Origin: Octopus bimaculoides
Lineage: Eukaryota
Assembly (NCBI RefSeq): GCF_001194135.2
Contig: NC_068981.1
Location: 87,913,844 to 87,977,843, forward strand
DNA: 64,000 nt
Direction of reading: 5' to 3'
Below the pieces are notes generated by a model, which was given only the letters and a program-made list of their open reading frames with translations, did no database searches and had not been told where the DNA came from. The position numbers and the translations under genes are program-made. Positions 38,431 to 50,740 of this stretch are shown here, piece after piece. Position 1 is the first letter of the stretch. The number at the start of each line of letters is the position of its first letter.

Positions 38431-39790
38431 ATGGAAAACATTAACGCATGTGAGGAGAGTGTGTCTCCAATAAACTTGCTGGAACCTCAGGTGCCAAGTT
38501 GCAGTAAGGATACCACAGGAAAGACAGGAAGAAAAAGAAATATTGATGTACCCAGCCTTGCAACTGGGGAGGAACCCATAAGGAGTTTTGCGGCAGCCGC
38601 CGGAGGAAATACACGGAAAATTGATATAACTAATTTAAGAGCTCACCGGGAATTACTATCGAGAGAAGGGACCGAAATAAATGTGGCCCCTCCTCATAGT
38701 ATCATTAAAGATGCATTAGAGAGAACTGTTATCTTCAAAATGTATAACGTTGAGAAGAAAAGAATCGACTATGTCAACGAGAATTGTGTAGAAAAGTGCC
38801 TTAGGCCAATATAGAGTGACATTAAATATTTGGCCAGGGGAAAACGATATGCAACTGTGGAGGTGAGGATGGCGACAGTGGAAAAAGCACAACAACACTC
38901 TGTAGAACCGTTGCGTACAGACGAGGTGGTGCGGTTACATATTTATATGGGGAGGAGAACCTCCCGAATAAAGATAGGGTACGTACCACCAGAAGTGGAT
39001 GCCGAATGGCTAGTAGCTGCAGTTCTATACGACTTGTAAGAGGAAATTAATCTTCTTTCAGCCGAGGTTACGGAAGACAAAATCTGGCTTGATCAGACAA
39101 TAAAATTGACGATTCAGACTGAACTAATGACCCTGGGAAAAAATCCAGAAGTTATAAACACTATGGATACTAAACTAGTCATCATGGTGGAGGGCAGAAA
39201 GCCCAGATGTTTCAAATACGGGAAGAAGGGCCATGTCAGGGCCGAATGTAAGAGTGGCGAAGAAAAAGAAGAAAATAAAGAAAATAATATAGAGGAAGAT
39301 TCAGAAGATGAAGAAAATAGAAAAACAGAAGATAGTACGGATGAAGAAAAAGAGAACGAAAATAAAGAAGAGAAGAGGTGGACGACAATTGGTTGTAAAA
39401 GAAAAATTAATTCTACACCCCGAGAATCAACTCAAAGGAAAACAAATAAGGCAAAAAGAAAAAAAAATGAATACAAAGCAGTGACTAAAAAAAAAGAACA
39501 GTGGACAATAATAAAACAGCGAACAATAATAGGGAAGTGTACATGGCAGTTAGAACCTCTAACACAAGGCTAATGAGCCAAATAAAAAGTAACAAAAACA
39601 TTAAAAAGAACAGAAGTTGAAAATGCCGAAGACGGGTTCGAAATCTACAAAACGGACTCAGCGTCTTACAACGTGCTTGCTAATACTTTCGGAACGATGT
39701 TGGCCCGTCTAGGTATGACGTTTCTGATCATATCTATAACGGATTACTAAAAATGACTCCACGAGCCCGAGAAAAAGAAAAAGAGGCGGA
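38431..39790 (+). pseudogene. LINE ORF1 (gag-like), disrupted; 3' end approximate
   Basis: One frame from ATG 38431 with internal stops at 38812 and 39037; degenerate knuckle CFKYGKKGHVRAEC at 39208-39249 (second Cys is Tyr); acidic/Lys-rich stretch; probable frameshift near 39500. Confidence 0.75.
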
Positions 39791-39837
39791 TTCCCCTCCG
39801 CCTCTAAACGAAGACGGATTAAATTAAGGTAAGACTT

Positions 39838-42800
39838 ATGGCAGTTAACACTGGTTGTTTAAATGTGCGTGGCCTGACGGCGGGATGGAAGCAAGGTCGC
39901 TTCTTAAACGACGTCAGGTCACATAATTTGGATGTCATTGTTGCTACTGAAACCCGGTTAAAGGGATCAAGAGATCTGTTCCCACTCCGGAGCGGATGCA
40001 AGAAATTTATTTCTCCAGGTGTTGGTCCAATTAAAAAGAAACCGGGTTTCAGAGAAAAAGTTAATTTTTTCTGACCCAGTTGCGGTAAGAAAATCAGACT
40101 GGTGGCAATTTACGCCCCCAATAATGGTCAGTCTGAGTATTTCCGAGACCTAGAGAAGTTTCTTGGTACGTCGTACCCATTAGTTTTGTTAGGGGACTTT
40201 AACACTATTCACGATGCGCACGTGGATAATGTTGACTCGAACTCAAATAGGATACCGAATGTCAGCTTCCGGGATCTACTAAGTTGCTTTCAGCTAGTAG
40301 ATCCATACAGACTTGAATTCCCGAACACCCCATTGTGGACATGGTTGAGTGGTGACGGGTCTTTTAAGTCATATATAGATAAGATTCTAATTAGAGAAAT
40401 AGATAGAGACATAGCTAAGTGTCCACAATTCCACTTGGTCAGCTACAGTGATCATAAATTGGTCACTTGTAAGCTGAACCTAGATAAGTTAGAGAATAGA
40501 GGATCCGGTTACTGGAAACTCAATAAGTCCCTTTTGGCGATTGAGGAGTACAGGACCCGGATTAAGTTACTGATACAGAGGGCTTTAACAGGTACCATCA
40601 TAAATAATAAATGGTGGTACGCCCTCAAAAGAGCCATTAAGTTTGAGTCTGTTAGATAGGCTTAGTGGCTTGAGAGCGTAAGAGGGAACTAGAACTAGTT
40701 AAGGAATTAGAGGAAGCCGTGTTGACTGGTAGTGCTGTTCAGGTGAAGTCTAAGAGACGAATTAAACCGGCACCTCGAGGCCAAATACATGGGATGCATT
40801 ATCAGGGCTAGACTTCATGCAATGGGGAGTGAGGGGATCAATGCTGCTGGATGGGCCCGAGTGGTGGAAACCCAACGTGGAAATGATTCCACAATTCGAT
40901 CTTTGGAGAACCTACGAGGCGAGATTGTGAACAAACCCGATGAGATGTGTAAGGCTTTTCAGGAGCACTTTGCACAGCTTTTCGGAATGGGCGATGGACC
41001 GGATAGTAAGTTGAACCTTTCGGACTTCCTTGCCGGGCTGCCGCGTCTCTCGGAGAAGGATGCTGAGTGCTGTGAAGGGTCGATCACACCTGAGGAGGTG
41101 AGAGAGGCTATAGCTGACTGCAAAGTTGGTAGGGCGCCGGGACTTGATGGTTTGCCTTACGAATTGTACAAAGGCATGCCAGACTTGTTTGGGCAAATTC
41201 TGGCCGGGGTTTACGCGAACTGGCAGCAGAATGGGTTAATCCCCAGATCTGTACGCCGGGGAGTGGTGACTCTGGTCAGGAAGGACCCAGACAAGGGGGA
41301 TAAGATCGATAACTTTTGGCCCATCACTCTGTTAAACGCAGAGCTGAAGATTTTGGCCAAGGTACTAGCAAAAAGATTGACGCGTGTCGCGAATGCTCTG
41401 ATCGGCAAGGCACAAACCTGTACCGTCCCCAGCAGAAGCATTCAGGACAGTCTTCATCTTATACGCTATACCTTAGAAGGGTTTGGTAGTGATTCTGGCA
41501 AAGGAGGGGTTTTGGTCCATTTAGACCAGTCAAAAGCATTCAATAGGGTTGACCATCGGTACCTAATGTCCGTGCTGGCACAGTTCGGGCTGGGTCTTGG
41601 CTTCCTCAGTTGGATAATCCAATTATACGATAACATCGACTCGATCGTTCGGGTGAACGGCTTTCTTTCTAAGCCGTTCTCTATCAAGCGCTCGGTTCGC
41701 CAAGGATGTCCGCTCTCGCCGCTTTTGTATGTGATGGCCCTAGAGCCGTTACTGCGAAAGTTGAGCGGCATCCCGAGGGGGCCAGCCGTTGGAGATTCGG
41801 TTTCAGCATATGCGGATGACATCACCATTATCGTAACCAAGATGGAACACCCACAGAGGGTAGGTGAAACCATCAAGGTTTACGAGACGGTGGCAGGAGC
41901 AAAGATTAACCTGGAAAAGTCAGTCGGCTTGCAACTCGGCACCTGGAGGGGCAAGTAGATGCCTTCGGATAGCGTCGTGGGACGTTGGACGGAGGGCCCG
42001 GTTAAGCTGCTAGGAGTTTGGTTTGGTCCAGACCTCCAGATAGAAAAGAATTGGGCAGAGGTATCGAGCAAGGTGACCCTCATAGTCAAGACCTGGTCTT
42101 GGCGGTGGCTATCCTTGAAAGGGAGGGCGGAGGTGGCCAATGTGTTTATCGCATCGGTCATCATTTACCGCCTAACCGTCGTGCCCTGTCCTGATTCATG
42201 GTTGAACAAGTTGGAGAAGCAGATCTTCCGCTTTTTGTGGAAGGGCGTCTCTCCTCTTGTGAGGCGTTCTATCTGCTGCCAGAAGCCGCTGAAGGGAGGA
42301 CTGGGGATGCCCTGGCTGTTGATGCGCAGACATGCGCTGAGGTTGAAGCATCTCTGGCTACTCCCGAATGGTGAACAGGTGTGGTCTTCGCTTGCGAAAC
42401 GGATGTTTCCCAGGTTCACTAGTTTTAGTGGACGAGAAAACTGGTTCCTTCATAGATCGAGGTTGGGTACATGGTTCACGGAGTGCCGTAAAGCACTCTT
42501 ACTGTTCCGTCACTCGGGTAATGCCAGCGGTTTTGGTACCACCACATCTTTCTATAGCAGGTTGGTAGAGGCTGGGAACGACGATACCCTGGAGGAGACC
42601 CTAGGTCTCGGAGATAACCAGTTAGACAGTCTGTTCTAAAGGACCTTCAGGCTGGGGTGTTTAGATAATTTCCAAAAATCTCTAGCCTGGCAATGTTACT
42701 GAGGAGCCTTACCCGTTCGGGATAAGCTTGCACGACACGGTTAATCTAAACTTACGGACTGTCCAAGATGCGGGCAGGATAGGGAAACCGTCCTGCACGC

Positions 42801-43151
42801 TATTGTTCAGTGTCTGAAGTGTGGGCTTATACAGAACATCTGCTGTCGGGTTCGAGAAGAGTACAGCTGTTGTCTGAGTCAATTGTAAAAATTAACCCGC
42901 CGGATTTCCTCACGAAAGAAGGTAAGCATTGTTTTCTCGCAGTAGTAGCAATTGCGAAAGAGGTGGTATGGAAGACGCGAATGAAAGGTTTGACGTCAGG
43001 CGACTTCATCTCCGACCTCGGGTTGGTGAGATTTTTTACCTTTCACCTTAAAAGGAAGGTGAGGCTGGAGAGAAGATGCCTGTCGGAGAAAATGTTCAAA
43101 GAAAGATGGTTGCATGTTGTGAGGGTGCTGGGAATGAAAGATTCTTCGTGA
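39838..43151 (+). pseudogene. LINE ORF2 (APE endonuclease + reverse transcriptase + CCHC), disrupted
   Basis: CLNVRGL, YAP, GDFN, SDH (EN); PGLDGLP, DQSKAF, RQGCPLSP, YADD at 41809-41820 (RT); CPRC..H..C at 42760-42813; stops at 40657, 41956, 42637, 42700, 42742 plus frameshifts. Confidence 0.92.
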
Positions 43152-43381
43152 ACGTGTCATAAGTCTGTATACAAAGGTTCCAGTAGGAGATTGGGGCTCG
43201 TGGCGTCGGAGTGTAACCATCTCTCTGCTTCATTTCATGTTTGTATTTTGTCCTTGTTTTGTATCATTCGATTTAATTATATCATGTAAATTTTTAAAAG
43301 TTATACCATTGTGTGTCTGACCCCAATCAGGCTGTACTGTCCCCCTCTGTGTTTCGCCCCTTGTGGGTAATAAAGAAATTT

Positions 43382-43405
43382 AATCGAACAAAATATATTT
43401 TATAT
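43382..43405 (+). repeat. Right target-site duplication of the LINE
   Basis: AATCGAACAAAATATATTTTATAT, identical to 38209-38232. Confidence 0.95.
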
Positions 43406-43641
43406 TGTAAATGTGAAAGAGGAAGCTAGGTCTAGCATGTCAACATATACGTGAATGTATGCAGTACTGTCGAGTTAACACTCTACAGAGACAGCCGTCT
43501 ACTTTTCAAGTTTTAGAATCGATAAAACAAGGAGTCAAGAATCGAACGAATTAATTATAATCTTTCTTCTTATAAAGTTGCTTTTCGTTCTAAGTGAACA
43601 AAATCAACATACTGAGAGTAAACTCCCTTCGCCTTTCATGC

Positions 43642-43717
43642 TTTGGCGCTAATTTCGAATAGAAATGTTACATTGGCGTTGATTGGAGGTTCGTGATGTG
43701 ACTGCGTTTTCAATTGG
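43642..43717 (+). promoter_or_regulatory. Putative TTLL4 promoter: E2F-like TTTGGCGC plus three reverse CCAAT boxes
   Basis: TTTGGCGC 43642-43649; ATTGG at 43672, 43682, 43713; locally CpG-rich versus flanks; immediately upstream of a strong donor at 43784. Confidence 0.5.
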
Positions 43718-43719
43718 TT

Positions 43720-43783
43720 CAAGTTTTTATTCACTATCAGGACGTATCTTAGCAGCGTTGATTTGTTGGTGTGGCCGCTGAAG
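43720..43783 (+). other. TTLL4: Putative non-coding first exon of TTLL4 (5' boundary approximate)
   Basis: AAG|gtaagg donor at 43783/43784 just downstream of promoter-like motifs; no ATG in the segment; next strong acceptor ends 47555. Confidence 0.5.
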
Positions 43784-46007
43784 GTAAGGTATTTTATGTC
43801 ATAGTATTACATCATAAATTCGATGCGAATTTAGTTTACTGTTTTATTACTAGTGCTTATATTTTGTTGTAGAATAACGTTTTATTCATGATTTACCAGT
43901 TATGTATTTCTTTTTAAGTTCACAAATCCTTTCATTAAACTGTAATAACGATTTACTGTCTTGTATTTCATTTTACTATTCGTGCCATAAATTTGCGTTA
44001 CTTCATGCATGAATCGAACTTATGATGCTTATTTACGTGCTTACCACGTGCTGTCATTTGTCTAGTGGAATTTGTATATCGCTCTAAGGAAAATGAAAAA
44101 AGAAATTCAGAGAAGCAGCAGTTGATATTGTTACAAGTATAAAAAAATATATATATTTATATATATATAGATGTGTTTCGTCGCCTTTCTGGCAATTTAG
44201 TAAATTGTCAACACTTCGTCATCAAATGTAAGTTTTTTTTTAATTTAAAAACAGAAAGAACACGTATAAATATCTTAAAAAATAGAAACCCAAACCCTGT
44301 TCGTTATAAATCGATTTTTTTTTTTTAGCGGCGTCTTTTTCCTTTCCAATTCTTGCCACATGGCAGAATCCTATATACACATATCTATGTATTTTACAAT
44401 TCATCATTATTTGCTTTCGGCTTTCTTAAAAGGTGTCTATTCAATATCTACAACATCTCCCCACGGTTTCATGAACTTTATTCAAAATTTTTGTTTGAAA
44501 CGTGAAATATGGTATGTTTCTTAGAAGCCCAAACTCCGGTAAATGTTGACTACCATAGATAGTCATTCCGACACTCAACTGTTCAACAGGTTGCTGCCTT
44601 ACTTTTCAAAGTATTTTCTCACATTCCTATATTGAAACTTAACTCCAACGTTTTTATGTTATTTCTTGTACTGGATAAAGCATTTTTTATCACTTAATAC
44701 TATCACAATTTTTGTAAAGGATTTATTTTTGTTTCTAGATGGTGACTTGCATAACTGAACTAACTGTACAGTTGCTAGACTAAGCTACATTTATCGATTA
44801 TTTTCTTTTTTAAAAGTCGTTAGTTGTGTTTAAAAATGTATGCTATTAATTATCAAAAGTAGTTTTATTTCGGAGGTCTAAGACGGCAAAAATTCAGGGT
44901 TAAGATCCTACAGCAGTTATTCGCACATTAGCTCATTGACTTTAGAATTAGACTAAAGTTATATATATATGAGAGAGAGAGAGAGAGCGGTGTGTGTGTG
45001 ATTCCAAAATGAGTATATCTGAATTTCCTTTAATCAGGCAGCATAGAATAATCAAGATTTGGCCATCTACATCGACACGTGTAAGTTCAGTAAAAGTATT
45101 TAGACTGAATCTGTTTGTGCACCGAAGAGAGGAAATGTACAGCCTTTGATAAAACTCCAGTAATTCCTTAACTGAATCGAACTCGTACAAAACTCTTGGT
45201 GCATATAGTACGAAATTAATCGTTAGATAGTGATTTCCTTTGGTAGGTTTAGCCGATAGAATCAATATTACTGGTACAGAACGATGTAACACGAACCTGG
45301 CTTCGTCTCCAAGGCGCTTCTGGTAACAACTATTTATTAATGGACTGAAGTGAATAGTATGTGAACTAAATACTATAAAGCACCCAACCTGGATCCACCA
45401 AATATAACTAACCAAGTGTTTCGAATGTTAATAACAGCAAAACTACGAGATACAACTTTCTGTAAAATTATGGTTTTCTGCATTCGACTTTGTCGTAGTG
45501 GAGGTGATGATACAAAACTCACTGAAGACACTTATGCAGATAGATATCTATAAAGATGTACTTAAAGAGAGGGTAGTTTGTCGCAAGAAATTATTTTTGC
45601 AAAAACACCTTTTTCTAAAGAAAACTATATTTTGGGCAAGTTATCAGATTCCGGTATAATTATGTGTATGAGAGCGTATAATAAGCATTTTAGTGCCAGC
45701 TGGAAGAACTGGCGCTGTTTTTTATGCACAGAATACTTTATTCAAAATTATATGTTGATGTAATCTTTGAAATGGATGATGAATTATTTAAAGATACTAA
45801 TTTTATCTGAAGCCTTGTGACCATGTTAGAAGTAAATATAGACAGTTTAGTTGAAAGAGTACAAGAATCTGCAAAGCAGGGAAGCTGAAAGTAACTAATG
45901 CACAAAGCCCCAGATTCTATTGAAGAGGAATTCTGATTTGATTATGCTGATTCTAGTATTAGGCTGGTATTCATTTTATCAACTCTAGAAAGATGAAAAG
46001 CTAAGAC

Positions 46008-46112
46008 AATACCTTAGGAATGAGAACCCAGGTTCGAAATTTCCCCAAGACACTTGATGAAGGCTGGAGGGTATAAGATGAGGACAAATATCTGCCAAAT
46101 GTAAATAATGTA
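46008..46112 (+). mobile_element. Solo, internally deleted copy of the same PLE terminal repeat
   Basis: ATACCTTAGGAATGAGAACCCAGG...GACACTTGATGAAGGCTGGAGGGTATA then jumps to AGATGAGGACAAATATC, as in 34680-34810. Confidence 0.75.
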
Positions 46113-46129
46113 AACAAAACAATAAACCT

Positions 46130-46900
46130 GAAAGTGAATATTATTCCAATATTTAACAGAGGCTAAAAATGTCTTGCAGAAAATTGGTGGACATCTTTTA
46201 CAAAAATTTCTGAAAGGATTCAGAAAAAGCAACTTGTGAATTATTAAGTTTGATAAACTCAAAAATAACCAGTATGATTTTCAGGAAAACATTGTGCCTT
46301 TCCCAGTTATTAGACTACTATCACAAGATTGTTGCAATTGAAAATGGCAAGGAACATGATGTTATATTATAGACTTTACAAAATTCTTCCACATGTAATG
46401 AGTTGAATGTAATATATATCAAAAACTGATAGAACATGAAATTACCAGATATACAGGAAGATGTATAAATACTTTTCTCATAAAAATAACATTCAGAGTA
46501 TTCATGTAATGCATATGAATGAAACCAGATGACTAAAGAGCCTAAATGATGTATGTAGAAAGAACCAGTGGAAGAGAAAGACAAACAGAAGTAGTTAAAG
46601 CTAATCTCAGGAAGGAGTTGACAAAGGAATGCAACATGGTGGGATGTAATATTGGAAGAGGACTTGTCCAACCTAAGTAAGGATAGAAAACTGGATGTAA
46701 AATGATGAACCAAAAATCCAAATCTAGAAATATCCTGCAAGGAAAGAAGAAGAAATTTTATAGAATACAAGACATTTCATAAAAATCCTGAAAACAAATA
46801 TAAGAGAACAGCAATCCTCAGAAATGTGCAAAAGGTCAATAACATGAAAAGTTTCTTTCTCTTGAAAGCAAAGTTTATTGGTAAGCTGAAAATCTAATCA
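46130..46900 (+). mobile_element. Decayed CR1/L2-like RT relic
   Basis: Broken fragments NQYDF and IDFTKFF resemble NQHGF and LDFxKAFD; no intact frame. Confidence 0.4.
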
Positions 46901-47560
46901 ACAGAAACAAGAAAAGTGAGATATGTTTAAACCAGCCATATTTGCCTAAAATATTCTACCTGTTTTATGTTCAAATTGGCCAGGTCTGGCCTCAGACCTA
47001 CCTTGCAATATCATTTTTTAAAATAAACAATCTCATCATCTATATCTCAAAACAATGGGAATAACCATTACACACGACAGAGTAATCTGAATGCTAAAGG
47101 TTTAAGGAATTTTGCAAAACCTGGCATCAAATATGGCAATGACACACATAATTACCTATTATAACATGTGAAAAGGAAAAGTTTGCAGAACCTCTCAACT
47201 TAATACCAGCTGCTTAAAAAAGGGCATAGTCTCTAAGAGAATAGTGTCAGATCAAATCTTGACATATCCCTCGATACATTCGAAGTGAGACTTGATAAAA
47301 TGATTTCAAATCAATGTACTGGTAGCAGTACATTATTCCCCATATTAATGACAGATTGAGTAAAATAATTCAGTTATTAAGCTGGTGTTCAGAACATTAA
47401 CATGAAGTTTTAGTAGGTTTTAATTTAGATCATTTTAAAACAGGATGTTGTATTGTAGAATAAGGAAGAGTCTCATGTAGGTTAGTATCAAATGGGTTTA
47501 AATTGCTTGTTTTTGTATTTGTTTGTAATTGATTTTTTTTTCTCTTTTATTTCAGGAAGT

Positions 47561-47626
47561 ATGGTGGGAATGAATAGGCTTATGACACTTAGTGAACTTA
47601 ACCAGCAGCAATATTGTTGGCCATGA
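47561..47626 (+). promoter_or_regulatory. 21-codon uORF whose TGA overlaps the TTLL4 ATG (ATGA)
   Basis: ATGs at 47561, 47570, 47582 in one frame; MVGMNRLMTLSELNQQQYCWP, stop TGA 47624-47626; main-frame ATG 47623-47625. Confidence 0.55.
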
Positions 47627-48731
47627 ATGGATCTGACTTAAGCAAAATTACTTCTGGATTAGATGAGGTTTCCATAAAAAAACAATTTAATGCACAGCAA
47701 CAAACTTTTCCATGTTGGTTAAAAGCTTCCTTTGAAAGTTCTCTTCATCGAAATGGCCCAAGTTATCCCTTGTCTGATTGCCATGTTTTTAGAGAAAATT
47801 GTCTTAGAAACAATCCACATCATCCCTTATCCATTACCCAAATGTCCAAATACATTTACCATAACCAACGATTTTCTACCTCGCAAGATAATTCACATTC
47901 CAAAACCTGTGACTCTTTAGTTAACAAAAAACCTATACCGTCCAGTCCTTATTCCCGACCACTCAGTGCTAAAGATTTTGGTTTGTATATGTCAGAATCT
48001 AATTCAAGCTTGTCTTCCGCCCGAACTTATCCAACTAAAAGCCATCCAAATCCATCAAAAATGGCGGCCAGTAGTAGTTTTCCAACAAATGTCAATTTTT
48101 TTCTTAAACCACAAAGCCTTACTTTAAAGAATCCTAGTGCAAGTAATGATGTTCCTGAAAAGTATCCTCTTAGTAAATGTAATAAATCAGAAGTAAATTG
48201 CAGCTCTTCCAAGGAACTCCAACAAATTACATCAAGTTCTTTTTCTAAACAATCTGCTTTTCTCTCTACAATATCAACATCTTCTGTCCAGATTTTAACT
48301 TCTGTTAATAAGCATATTTCTTCAATTCCTAAGCCTGGTTGTGGCTTCACCAAAATTCCTGATATATCTTTAAATGTGAGAAATTTGAGTTATAGTCCTG
48401 CTGTTTCCTATGTTGAAAGTCGACAATTGCTTGCTAATGACAACCATTCTATTCAGAGTGAAAACAGTTTCTTACAGAAAAAAAAGATCTACACTTTTGG
48501 ACAAACAGTTTATTATAATATAGCTTATAAACCTGAGAAATGTTTACCAGGAGCTAAACCATTCACAACGTCTGCTAACAATGTAAATTGTGCTCCAAGG
48601 GAGGAATGTCTTTTAACTGAGAGAAACCTTCGTGCTCATCAAAAAGACATCTGCATCCAAACCAGTGAAACAAACTGTCTTCAAGCTGCAAATGATGCTG
48701 CATCAGAGAGTAGTGGCAGTTTAAGAAAAGG
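47623..48731 (+). CDS. TTLL4: TTLL4 large first coding exon (Ser/Asn-rich N-terminal region); exon starts 47556
   Basis: 370-codon open frame; ttttatttcag acceptor ends 47555; in-frame TAA at 47599 upstream of gccATG; GG|gtaaga donor whose phase matches the exon at 54696. Assigned by splice continuity, not sequence similarity. Confidence 0.75.
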
Positions 48732-49739
48732 GTAAGAGCAATTTCAATTACAAAAATGGTTATTTATTATGTAGCAAATTAAATCAATGAAGACACTAAA
48801 AAAAAAAAAGTCTATGCATTTCAATTTGTGAGAGAGAGAGAGAGAGAGAGAGGTATGCACTGGATTTATTTTCTAAAAATTATTTCTGGGTGAAAGTAAA
48901 ACCTGAAAATAATATTTAATATCAATGTGTAGTTTTTTTTTTAATTAATCCGAAAAGAAAATTTTAATATTACTTTGATTAAACTCACCCTCATCATCAT
49001 CATTTTATATCCACTTACCATGCTGTATGGTTTTGTTGGGTTGTTATGGTCCAAGTCTTTAGTAGATGTTATTGCTCTCTTACATTTTTTAGCTTGGTTT
49101 CTATGGTTGGCTACCCTTCTTAATGGTATACTCATCATCATCATCCTCATATAATGTCTGTTTTCCATGCTTGTATTGGTTGGATGGCTTGACAGAGGGC
49201 TGCACCAGGCTCCAGTTGTTTGCTTTGGCATAGTTTCTACAGCTGGATGCCCTTCCTAATGCCAACCACTTTACAGAGTGTACTGGATGCTTTTTACATG
49301 GTGCCAACACTGGTGCTTCTTTACCTGGTGTTGGAATGGTTGGTTGCTTTATTACTTGGTGCTAGCATGCTTACTCTTTCATGTGGCACTGGCATGGGTG
49401 CTTCTCATGTGATGCTGGTATGGATGCCCTTTACGTGGTGCTGGCTTGGGTGATTTTTACATGATGCTGGCATAGGTGCATTTTACATGGCACCAGTACC
49501 CACAAGATCATTAAGTGGCTTGTAAGACAAGGAAGTTTCAGCTAATAGGAGAGGAATTGAGAGAAGTGGCTGTGTGCTAAGCAAGAAGTTTGAATATGAT
49601 AAAGGGACAGGGATAGCTGTCTTACTACAGAGGAGATATTTGACTACTCCAGTAGGACAAGGAAGCAGCGGAAGGTGAGAGAAAGAAAGACAGAGTGAGT
49701 GAAAGGGCCTACTCAGAGCGAAGAGTGGGGGAGGGAGTA

Positions 49740-50740
49740 TAACTAATACAGAGGGAATAGAGATGTACCATAAGAGTATGAGAGGGGATATTTAGATAGC
49801 AAATGATTTTGAGAGGAACTGTAGAGGGGCCTGCAGTGGGTTTTGTGGAGATGGTTTGTGTGTGAGTTTTGCCAGAGAACAGAATTATGTGTGTGAGAGG
49901 AAATTGATGATGGTGGAGTTATGACTGTAAAAGTCATGCTTGTATGTATGGATGGCCATGATTTTACTTAGCTTGATGTGTTTTCTCAAGCATGACATTT
50001 TGCCAGAAGTCTTGATCCCTTGTCATCTCCTCAGTGAGACTCAATATCTGAAGATCCTTTCTTACCATTTTGTTTCATATCTTCCTGGGTCTATCCCTTC
50101 CACAGATTCCCTCCACAATTAGAGCTTAGCACTTCTTCACGCATCTGTCCTCATCCTTACACATCACATGACCATACTAGTACAGTCTTCTTTATTGCAC
50201 ACTACTTCTAATTCCTCTAAAATCCAGTTTTCCTTTTAAATCATTTACACTGTCATACTTGCACTCTGACATTACCCACCCAGTGGAGCATGCTGGCTTC
50301 ATTTCTTTTGAGCCTTCACATGTGCTTTATTGTCACAGCCCATGTTTCACTGCTGTCTAGCATAGCTGTTCACACACAGATATCATACAATCTGCCTTCC
50401 TCTTTGAGGGAGAGGCCTTTGTTACGAACAAAAGTAGCAACTCTCTGAATTTTGCCCAACCCCTTATTCTAGCAACTATGCTTTCAGAGTTTCCTCCTTT
50501 ACTGCTGACTTGGTTGCCTGAGTAACAGAAACTATTTGCTACTAAGGATCTTCTGGACATTTGAGGGAGTCTATTTTCTGTACATTCTGAGTGTTTATTG
50601 TACCTGCACATCTGCTGGCTTCGATACTGGAGTAATTGTCATGTCTTTGACAAGACTGAATGCTCCTCTCACCCCTATGCTGTCCCTGCTTGTTCAGCAA
50701 AGTGTGCTGCGTACATTTTAACATGGCACCAGCACTATTG
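49740..50740 (-). mobile_element. RTE LINE 3' fragment
   Basis: NSFCYSGNQVSSKGG...ARIRGWAKFRELL followed by thumb and 3' region homologous to 24110-24300. Confidence 0.75.

Larger units (their letters stand above)
38233..43381 (+). mobile_element. Full-length, disabled Tx1/L1-clade non-LTR retrotransposon (5149 bp)
   Basis: Flanked by identical 24-bp repeats; ORF1 with gag-like knuckle, ORF2 with APE endonuclease, RT and C-terminal CX2CX8HX4C; ends AATAAAGAAATTT with no poly(A). Clade inferred from architecture. Confidence 0.9.

Noticed and set aside
40912-43220. Several minus-strand ORFs (e.g. 41466-41876) within the LINE
   Set aside because: Antisense shadows of the GC-richer RT frame; no motifs or independent signals.
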